Of a DNA stretch of 48,369 nucleotides, positions 1-6,978 are shown in pieces. Below the pieces are notes generated by a model that was not told the DNA's origin, searched no databases, and saw nothing but the letters and a program-made list of their open reading frames with translations. Position 1 is the stretch's first letter. The number at the start of each line of letters is the position of its first letter. The position numbers were made by a program, and so were the translations under genes. Origin of the DNA: Minisyncoccia bacterium (GTDB lineage Bacteria > Patescibacteriota > Minisyncoccia > Phycocordibacterales > XYD1-FULL-46-19); NCBI GenBank assembly GCA_041601795.1, contig JBFIHK010000001.1:1-48369 (forward strand), read 5' to 3'.

Positions 1-137
1 TTATTATTAAATCTAGTGTAATTAGCAGCTTCAACATCTCTGGAATCAGAATAACTGACGAAAACTAATGACAAAATCACTAACAAAAAAACCATTGCTA
101 CCCCACTGAACTTATTCTGCCTAAGCCAAGATGTCAT
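1..137 (-). CDS. hypothetical protein, N-terminal part only (gene runs off the window start); hydrophobic signal/TM-like N-terminus
   Basis: ATG at 137 on the minus strand, frame open to position 1: MTSWLRQNKFSGVAMVFLLVILSLVFVSYSDSRDVEAANYTRFNN. TTAGAT-N17-TATAAT lies upstream. Confidence 0.35.
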   Translation of the reverse strand, partial: MTSWLRQNKFSGVAMVFLLVILSLVFVSYSDSRDVEAANYTRFNN

Positions 138-215
138 GATTATATTACTTAGATTATAACTCTAATTAGCTTAAAATCTAACTTGCCTTTTTTAAAATGT
201 GTATAACTTAAATTT

Positions 216-243
216 AAAAAAACACCTCACTGTACAAGTGAGG
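216..243 (-). terminator. rho-independent terminator ending the small-peptide operon
   Basis: Minus-strand hairpin CCTCACT-tgtac-AGTGAGG (225-243) followed by a T7 run (complement of A216-222). Confidence 0.7.
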
Positions 244-275
244 CGCCTTAACACCAAATCGAACATAACAAGAAA

Positions 276-425
276 TCAACCTCGATCCCGAAGGGCAGCC
301 AAGTAGCCGGCTTTTTTATTAAGATCCTTCAAATCCCGCTGGTGATCCTCCTTCTTTTTTGGTTTTGGAGGAAATAACAACAACATCTGACCCCAGAGCC
401 AACGAAGCCATTTTCTTGTTCTCAT
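276..425 (-). CDS. small basic protein, 49 aa (below the length cut-off of the supplied ORF track)
   Basis: AAGGAG 8 nt upstream of ATG at 425. Translation MRTRKWLRWLWGQMLLLFPPKPKKKEDHQRDLKDLNKKAGYLAALRDRG. Starts 27 nt after the stop of the Cys-rich ORF. Confidence 0.3.
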   Translation of the reverse strand: MRTRKWLRWLWGQMLLLFPPKPKKKEDHQRDLKDLNKKAGYLAALRDRG

Positions 426-452
426 AGGGCACACTCCTTTCTGGTTGTGTTG

Positions 453-620
453 TTAAAATTCAAACCTTAAAACTACTGCAAACTTTAACATGAGCGTCAT
501 AAAACCCGGCAACAATATTCCACCACAAGTAGAGCAAAGAAAGCAACATGGGACCAGATGTTCAACCTTAACCCCCGGATTGTGGCAAGAACAATGACAT
601 TGACCTATTATTTTAGTCAT
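453..620 (-). CDS. Cys/His-rich 55-aa peptide with hydrophobic C-terminal tail
   Basis: Internal ATG at 620 of the 453..668 ORF is preceded by GGAGG (8-nt spacing). MTKIIGQCHCSCHNPGVKVEHLVPCCFLCSTCGGILLPGFMTLMLKFAVVLRFEF has 7 Cys and 3 His within the first 31 residues. Confidence 0.45.
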   Translation of the reverse strand: MTKIIGQCHCSCHNPGVKVEHLVPCCFLCSTCGGILLPGFMTLMLKFAVVLRFEF

Positions 621-658
621 GATTTTAACCTCCAAAAAAAGACCAAACGCTTGAAATA

Positions 659-687
659 TTAATACCATTAATTTTTTAATAACTCAA
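659..687 (-). promoter_or_regulatory. candidate sigma70-type promoter for the peptide operon
   Basis: Minus strand TTGAGT-N17-TATTAA about 40 nt upstream of the ATG at 620. Confidence 0.3.
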
Positions 688-802
688 CCTAATGTTTATG
701 TTGTGGTCAGGGATAATCCTCTCGTCGCCACTCGAGGATTTCCACGACCCTGCCTCAACAGTTTCTTTTGCTAAAGAAACATGTTTCCGGCTTCCACCAG
801 TA

Positions 803-830
803 TCAAAAAATCTCCAGCAGTGGAGATTTT
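803..830 (-). terminator. hairpin terminator downstream of tRNA-Ala (usable in both directions)
   Basis: 8-bp stem AATCTCCA/TGGAGATT (809-816/821-828), loop GCAG, flanked by an A-run on one side and a T-run on the other. Confidence 0.6.
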
Positions 831-836
831 TCTATC

Positions 837-912
837 TGGTGGACCCGGGGAGATTCGAACTCCCGACCTCCCGCTTGCAAAGCGGGCGCTCTACCAACTA
901 AGCTACGGGCCC
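837..912 (-). tRNA. tRNA-Ala (anticodon UGC), CCA encoded
   Basis: Reverse complement GGGCCCGTAGCTTAGTTGGTAGAGCGCCCGCTTTGCAAGCGGGAGGTCGGGAGTTCGAATCTCCCCGGGTCCACCA folds as a cloverleaf. It has a TTCGAAT T-loop, the G3:U70 alanine identity pair and anticodon loop CTTTGCAA. Confidence 0.95.
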
Positions 913-1035
913 AGTAGAAAATATTGCTAATTTAATCTTAAATTGTGGGCTACGTCCGCCAGCAATATCTACTTACAGGGCGGGCCCAAATACCAACTCC
1001 TAAATACTAAATGAAAACTAGCCAAAAATCAAACC

Positions 1036-1356
1036 TTAATTAAGAGTATCTTCAGAACTAGTAGCAACAACCTCAACTGTAGACGCAATATTTAAGTCTT
1101 TTAATTCTACTTCTAAAGCTTGTAGACCTTGGCTAATCTGAGCTATTTGAAGCTCGCATAACTTAACTTCTTTCTCATTAGACTTATTTACCTTAGAGCA
1201 TTTTTCTATGGTTTTTTGATAAGAGGCTAATTCTTGTTCTATCCTATCTGTTCTAGACATATTGGCTTCACCTAAAGACTGAGCCCAAATAAAGACCAAA
1301 ATTAAAAATACCATCACAAGCAACCCAGCTAAAATTTTACGATTGGCGTCATTCAT
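1036..1356 (-). CDS. membrane-anchored coiled-coil protein (FtsB/DivIC-like architecture; function not established)
   Basis: 106-aa ORF with an N-terminal TM segment (ILAGLLVMVFLILVFIWA) followed by a heptad-like charged region. Lies directly downstream of ddl. Confidence 0.55.
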   Translation of the reverse strand: MNDANRKILAGLLVMVFLILVFIWAQSLGEANMSRTDRIEQELASYQKTIEKCSKVNKSNEKEVKLCELQIAQISQGLQALEVELKDLNIASTVEVVATSSEDTLN

Positions 1357-1426
1357 ATAATATCAATTAAATTTAAAGATTTAGACATTATACCTATAAC
1401 AGGCCCAATAAGCTACCCTCAAAAAA

Positions 1427-2392
1427 TTAGCCCTTAATAAGAGCCATGGTTAAAATATGATCCAAAAAGTCAGCATAAGATACTCCCACAGCCTCCATCG
1501 AGTCTGTAAAAGGAGACCCTTTCATGAGTCCAGGCAAAGTATTAGTTTCCAACACATAAACACCCCTAGGGGTGACCCTAAAGTCTGATCTAGAATAATG
1601 TCTTAACTTAAGTGTTTGATGAATTGTTTTTGCTAATTCTTGAATAGAATCTTTCTCCTCAACCTTAAAACAGCCTGGGCAAATTTTTCTAGTTAAACCT
1701 GAGTATTTATCTTCATAGCTCCAAAAGTTATCTGACGGAGTAAAAATTTCTATTGGGGGTAAAGCATAAATATCAGATTTTCTAAAGTCATTTATGACTC
1801 CACAACTAGATTCCCGACCTCTTATATATTCTTCTATTAAAACATAATTTGAAAAACGTAAACTCTTTTCAATGGCTTGTTCTAAATCCAAAAAGGTTTT
1901 AGCTAAATATACTCCCACCGACGATCCCCTGTCTTTTGGTTTAACTATCCACGGCGGAGCAATTTTTTTAAAAACTTCACTGGCTATTACAAAAACAGAA
2001 TCTCCTCTTTCAAATAACATACCTCGAGGCACTAAAATACCCTTGTCTTGCAAAATTTCTTTCACTTCATATTTATCTAAACCAATAGCAGAAGTTTGGC
2101 TGTTACTACCTGTATAAGGTAAATTTACTTCCTCTAACAATCTTTGAACGCTACCATCTTCACCAAATTCCCCATGAAGAGCATTAAAACCAACGTCTAT
2201 AAATTCAGGTAAATCATTTATTTTTATTGGTAAACCCTTATAATGCCAAACTTTGTCTTTGGTTACCAAAATATCTACTGGTTCATATTTATTTTTATCT
2301 AAGCTACTTAAAACATTGGCTCCTGTCGCCAATGAGACTTCATACTCGTGTCCAACGCCTCCTCTAATAACCCCTACTCGAGTTTTAGTCAT
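1427..2392 (-). CDS. ddl: D-alanine--D-alanine ligase
   Basis: 321 aa. N-terminal GGVGHEYEVSL, ALHGEFGEDGSVQRLLE and C-terminal ETNTLPG ATP-grasp motifs typical of Ddl. Confidence 0.9.
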   Translation of the reverse strand: MTKTRVGVIRGGVGHEYEVSLATGANVLSSLDKNKYEPVDILVTKDKVWHYKGLPIKINDLPEFIDVGFNALHGEFGEDGSVQRLLEEVNLPYTGSNSQTSAIGLDKYEVKEILQDKGILVPRGMLFERGDSVFVIASEVFKKIAPPWIVKPKDRGSSVGVYLAKTFLDLEQAIEKSLRFSNYVLIEEYIRGRESSCGVINDFRKSDIYALPPIEIFTPSDNFWSYEDKYSGLTRKICPGCFKVEEKDSIQELAKTIHQTLKLRHYSRSDFRVTPRGVYVLETNTLPGLMKGSPFTDSMEAVGVSYADFLDHILTMALIKG

Positions 2393-2404
2393 AGATGAAA
2401 ATAA

Positions 2405-2791
2405 TTAAACCTTATTCATATAACTATTAACTTTAGCTACCACATCATCAAGAGTAAAATTAGCTTTAATTAAAAAGTCGCTAGCTCCTAAACCTTTAGC
2501 TTTTTCTATATCTTCTCTTTGGCCTAAATTTGAAAATACTACTACTGGAATTTTAGATAAATTAGCATCTCCTTGCATTTTTTCTAAAACTTGAAAACCA
2601 TCCACTCCCGGCAACAACAAATCAAGCAACACAAGGTCCGGACTATCGGTATCTAAATGTTTTAAAGCTTGCTCTCCATCAGCCGCCACAGCTATATTGT
2701 AGTTTTCTTTTTCTAAACGTTTAACGGTTAAAGATCTCAAAAATTCATCATCTTCAACTATGAAAATCTTTTTTAATTCAGCGTCGCTCAT
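2405..2791 (-). CDS. response regulator, receiver domain only (CheY-like, no output domain)
   Basis: 128 aa. Acidic pocket VEDDE, phospho-acceptor context LVLLDLLLPG, and a conserved K in FLIKANF. Confidence 0.9.
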   Translation of the reverse strand: MSDAELKKIFIVEDDEFLRSLTVKRLEKENYNIAVAADGEQALKHLDTDSPDLVLLDLLLPGVDGFQVLEKMQGDANLSKIPVVVFSNLGQREDIEKAKGLGASDFLIKANFTLDDVVAKVNSYMNKV

Positions 2792-2830
2792 ACTTTTTTA
2801 ATTTAAATAAATAACAATGAAAACATTATA

Positions 2831-4357
2831 CTATGGTTTTTTACTTCCGCCCACTTTTTGATGCACAGGTAATACAATATGAAAAGTAGTACCCTTATTT
2901 TCCTCACTATCAAACCACATAGCCCCTGCATGTCTGTCTACTATGTCTTTAGCAATAAATAACCCAATACCACTACCATCTGGTTCCTGAAGCCTAGCAT
3001 TGGAAGCCCGATAAAATTTATGAAAAATTTTAGCTTGCTCTTCTTTGGGAATACCAACTCCATTGTCTTTCACCACTACTTCTAAAGCTTGTTCGGCGCT
3101 GTTTAATTTATCGTCTTTCACCTCTACTTCTATTTTACCATTACGAGGGGTGTACTTTAAAGCATTGTCTAATAAATTTTCAAAGACCATCCTAATTTTA
3201 TTAACATCTAGATTGATGGTCGGTAAATTATCCGGAGCTTCTTTAATGGTTAGAGTTATGTTTTGACTTTCAGCCTGATTTGAAAATTCAAAACTTATTT
3301 CTTTTAATAAAGCTACCAAATCTATAGGAGTAAAATTGTAATCATCTTTTTTAGCTTCGTCATGGTCAATATGAACCAAGTTGTTAACAATATTCATGAC
3401 CCTTAAAGTACTTTGATATCCTTTATTTAAAAAATCTTTTTGTTCCTCATTTATCGGACCTAATTGTTCTGATATCATCATATTGAAAGTCCATTTTATA
3501 GCTGACATAGGGGTTCTTAATTGATGAGTAGTGACAGAAATAAACTCTGACTTAGCATGCTCTAGAACATCTAATTTTTGCTTAGCTAGAGCTAATTCTA
3601 ATTCTTTAGCCCTTAATTGACGACCGTTTTCATCTATTTTAGCTGCAAACTTACGCATCCATTTATCTTTTTCTTCTTTTTCATCTTGAGCTTGCCCACT
3701 ACGTTTTATTTTTTCAGAGTTTATACGACGACTTTCTTTTGGTAAGACAAGGGCGTGCATATAAGAAAAAATAAAACCAAAAACAATCATGACTAAAGCC
3801 CAAATTAAGCCCGAAGATAAGAAAGATATACTGGGTTCAAATTCAAAAACTGATTTTAAAATACTCAAGTTAAAATTGTAATCCAAAAAAACAATCTCCT
3901 GTCCAGCTAAAGCTTCAACAGCGTATAAAATAGTACCCACTAATAAACTAATAAAAAAAGCCAATAAAGGAGAAAATAAAACTACCGCTTCAAAAATAGG
4001 GTATAAAAATATTAAAGGGAGTAAAACACTAATATGCGCAAAAAATAACAAACCGATACCACAAAGAAGAATATCTAAAATTATTTGAGCCCCATTTAAC
4101 AAACCTAATAAATTATTAGATTGTTTGTTGTAAATAAAACGATAACCAATAAACAAAAGTAAATTACAAAAACTAGCCAGTAGTAAAATACCCAAAAATA
4201 TAATGTCTGGGGTTAAAATAAAATCTAATTCTCTAACTTGATCTAAACCCGTAGTTGAAAAAAAACCCAAGAAAACCAAAATCAATAATAGAAAAAACCA
4301 GCGCAATGAAATAAGGCGTCCAGAAGCAAAAAGAGTTAAACTATCAAAAGTAGTCAT
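2831..4357 (-). CDS. membrane sensor histidine kinase
   Basis: 508 aa. Multi-TM N-terminus, coiled coil, H-box SVTTHQLRTPMSAI, N-box NLLDNALKYT, and G-boxes DNGVGI and GSGIGL. Confidence 0.9.
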   Translation of the reverse strand: MTTFDSLTLFASGRLISLRWFFLLLILVFLGFFSTTGLDQVRELDFILTPDIIFLGILLLASFCNLLLFIGYRFIYNKQSNNLLGLLNGAQIILDILLCGIGLLFFAHISVLLPLIFLYPIFEAVVLFSPLLAFFISLLVGTILYAVEALAGQEIVFLDYNFNLSILKSVFEFEPSISFLSSGLIWALVMIVFGFIFSYMHALVLPKESRRINSEKIKRSGQAQDEKEEKDKWMRKFAAKIDENGRQLRAKELELALAKQKLDVLEHAKSEFISVTTHQLRTPMSAIKWTFNMMISEQLGPINEEQKDFLNKGYQSTLRVMNIVNNLVHIDHDEAKKDDYNFTPIDLVALLKEISFEFSNQAESQNITLTIKEAPDNLPTINLDVNKIRMVFENLLDNALKYTPRNGKIEVEVKDDKLNSAEQALEVVVKDNGVGIPKEEQAKIFHKFYRASNARLQEPDGSGIGLFIAKDIVDRHAGAMWFDSEENKGTTFHIVLPVHQKVGGSKKP

Positions 4358-4433
4358 AAAATTAGTTTAATTTAATTTTAACAAACCAATTTTTGTCTGA
4401 CTACTTACTTTTTAATAAAACTGTGGGCGGTAT

Positions 4434-5729
4434 TTACAAGTTTTCCCAACCATCATCCTGACGACATAGTAATCCTTTTTTTAATTCCGGTTGAAGCATA
4501 ATTTTTGCTACTACTTTTTCTAACCTCATCCCCTGTGAACCTTTAACAAAAATTAAATCTCCTGACTTAATATTATCTTTTAACCATGCACCGATTAAAC
4601 TTTTGTCTTCAAAATGAAGACAAAAGTCTTCAGCTAGGCCAGCATTAATAGCCCCTTTATTTATTCCCTTAGCTTTTTTGCCGGTAGTAATTAAAATATC
4701 AAAAGTCTGCCCCGCTTGTTGTCCAATTTTAAAATGGGCTTCAGCAGAATACACACCCAACTCAAGCATGTCGCCCAAAACAGCTATTTTACGGCCTTGA
4801 AGTTTTAAATCCTTGATAGTTTCCATGGCTTTAGCACTAGCCTCTGGAGATGAATTATAGGTATCATCTAAAATTAAACTACCTTTAATACCAGCCAAAA
4901 GATTAAATCGTCCCTTTGGTAATCTATAATTTTCAACCAACTTATCTACCACTTGTGATATGTTTAATTCTAAAATTTTAGCCACCGCTACCGCCCCCAA
5001 AAAAGAATAAATTTGATGTTGCCCTAAAACACCCTTTAACAACACCGGCTTTTTAACCCCAGCGGTATTAATATTAAAACTAAGAGCCCAAGGGGCTCCA
5101 GCTTGATATTCTACAACCACATCACTGGCGTAAACATCAGCTGCTGCTGAAAAACCATAAGTAAGAATATGTTTAGAATCTAAATTATTTTTTTTAGTTT
5201 TTAAAATCTGATCATCTAAATTTAAAATAGCCCAACCATCATCTTTTATCCCTTCAACTAAAGACATTTTTTCAGCCACTACTTCGTCTTTATTCTTGAA
5301 AAATTCAATATGAGCCGGTACTTCTGGAAGTCTCGTTACCATAGCTAAGTCTGGTTTTAACCACTTAACTATTTTTCTTATATCACCAGGATGATCAGCT
5401 CCTACTTCAAGTATTAACCATTTTGGATAATCTTTTTGAAAAATGACTTTCAATCCACCCAAAAGAACTTTAACCCACAAAAAAACGCTCGACCAGCCAC
5501 TCTTTTGATTTACAACAGTAAGAGGAACTCCTAGTTCACTATTGTAACTTTTTTCACTCCGTCTAACTGGCAAAAAATCCTTCAAAGCAAAATAAATAGC
5601 ATCTTTGGTCGAGGTTTTACCCACACTACCAGTAATGGCAATAATTTTAGGCCGATGAATTTTTAAAATTAATCTAGTTTCCCAAATTAAGATAAAAATA
5701 ATTATTTTTTTAGCAATTTTTTTAAACAT
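4434..5729 (-). CDS. murF: UDP-N-acetylmuramoyl-tripeptide--D-alanyl-D-alanine ligase (Mur ligase family)
   Basis: 431 aa. P-loop ITGSVGKTSTKD followed by NSELGVPLT, which resembles the MurF signature. Mur ligase middle and C-terminal domains are present. Confidence 0.8.
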   Translation of the reverse strand: MFKKIAKKIIIFILIWETRLILKIHRPKIIAITGSVGKTSTKDAIYFALKDFLPVRRSEKSYNSELGVPLTVVNQKSGWSSVFLWVKVLLGGLKVIFQKDYPKWLILEVGADHPGDIRKIVKWLKPDLAMVTRLPEVPAHIEFFKNKDEVVAEKMSLVEGIKDDGWAILNLDDQILKTKKNNLDSKHILTYGFSAAADVYASDVVVEYQAGAPWALSFNINTAGVKKPVLLKGVLGQHQIYSFLGAVAVAKILELNISQVVDKLVENYRLPKGRFNLLAGIKGSLILDDTYNSSPEASAKAMETIKDLKLQGRKIAVLGDMLELGVYSAEAHFKIGQQAGQTFDILITTGKKAKGINKGAINAGLAEDFCLHFEDKSLIGAWLKDNIKSGDLIFVKGSQGMRLEKVVAKIMLQPELKKGLLCRQDDGWENL

Positions 5730-5744
5730 ATTTTTTTATCAAAA

Positions 5745-6956
5745 TCATTGTAGCAAACGCCCACGTCTTTTTCTATGGTAAGACAAAGCAAAACGATGGG
5801 CTTCATTGTTAGCTAAGAGAATTTCCATTTCATACTGACGAGCTAGTGTGCCCGAACCAATTATTTCTCTTGGCTTATGATGCTTATCTTTTACTACCGC
5901 TACAACAGGAATATCAAAGCCTAAAGTGGTCAAAATTTTTTCGCCCGCTTTTAACTGATTTCTACCCCCATCTAAAACAATTAAATTAGGTAGTGGCCAC
6001 TCCAGATGATCAAAGCGACGCTCTAGAACTTCTTTTAAATTTAAAATATCATTATTTTTATCGAGTCCAGCCCCTTTAATTTTAAATTTTCTATAATCAC
6101 TTTTAAAAGGTGTACCATCTTTTATCACTGTCATTACCCCAATAGTATCCTTACCACTGGTATGAGCAATATCGTAAGCCTCGACCCGTAAAGATGCGCT
6201 ACTTTTTTTATTTTGCAACAAAGCAATATCATTGACGTGTTTTAAAGTAAAAATTCTATCCCGATAAACAGCCGCTAGCTCAAAATTCTGTTTTAAAATA
6301 GCTCGCTTCATGTCTATATTTACCTTTTTAATCAAAGCCGATTTTTTTCCTTGGAAAAATAAGCGTAAATGATTAATGGTTCTGGCATATTCTTTTTTGG
6401 TTATTTGCTTGCTACACACCCCTGGACATAAACCTACTTGAGCCGAAAAACAAGACTGACCAGTTTCGGGTTTACATTTATCTCTAAAAGGAAAAATTTT
6501 TCTAATTATTTTTAAAGCTGTTTTTAATTCTGACGCCTTAGGAAAAGGGCCGAAAGTATATTTAATGTCTGTTGGTTCCCATACTTCTACCAAGTCTTTA
6601 CCTCGAACGGCCAAAACTCTAGGCCAATCTTCTTTGGTTACGATCACATAAAGATAACTCTTATCGTCTTTGGCTTTAGTATTGCCGCTAGGTTTATGTT
6701 TTTTAATTAAACTTGACTCTAGAATTAAAGCCTCCAACACAGAATCTGTTTGATGCCATTTTAATTCATCGGCCCCTTCCACAATATTAGCCACCAAAGG
6801 CCCTCGAGTATCCATGAGGTCAGACCCAAAATAACTACTTACTCTATCTTTTAGGGAAGTAGCTTTCCCGATATAGGTTATTTTGTTTTGAGCTAGAAAA
6901 AAATAAACTCCAGGTTCATCAGGTAGTTTGTATTTTTTTAAATCTTGTTTTTTCAT
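5745..6956 (-). CDS. uvrC: excinuclease ABC subunit C, short form
   Basis: GIY-YIG (PGVYFF, YIGKA), Cys cluster CKPETGQSCFSAQVGLCPGVC, UVR helix FELAAVYRDRIFTLKHV and RNase H-like nuclease block RVEAYDIAHTSG. Ends at EAHRFALSYHRKRRG. ATG at 6956 has GGAG 9 nt upstream; the track start at 6974 is TTG. Confidence 0.9.
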   Translation of the reverse strand: MKKQDLKKYKLPDEPGVYFFLAQNKITYIGKATSLKDRVSSYFGSDLMDTRGPLVANIVEGADELKWHQTDSVLEALILESSLIKKHKPSGNTKAKDDKSYLYVIVTKEDWPRVLAVRGKDLVEVWEPTDIKYTFGPFPKASELKTALKIIRKIFPFRDKCKPETGQSCFSAQVGLCPGVCSKQITKKEYARTINHLRLFFQGKKSALIKKVNIDMKRAILKQNFELAAVYRDRIFTLKHVNDIALLQNKKSSASLRVEAYDIAHTSGKDTIGVMTVIKDGTPFKSDYRKFKIKGAGLDKNNDILNLKEVLERRFDHLEWPLPNLIVLDGGRNQLKAGEKILTTLGFDIPVVAVVKDKHHKPREIIGSGTLARQYEMEILLANNEAHRFALSYHRKRRGRLLQ

Positions 6957-6978
6957 AAAATAACTCCATGACAAGAAA

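Noticed and set aside
692-901. 69-aa plus-strand ORF from the supplied track.
   Set aside because: Its 3' third is the antisense of tRNA-Ala and the rest covers the tRNA terminator hairpin. There is no RBS, so it looks like an accidental open frame.
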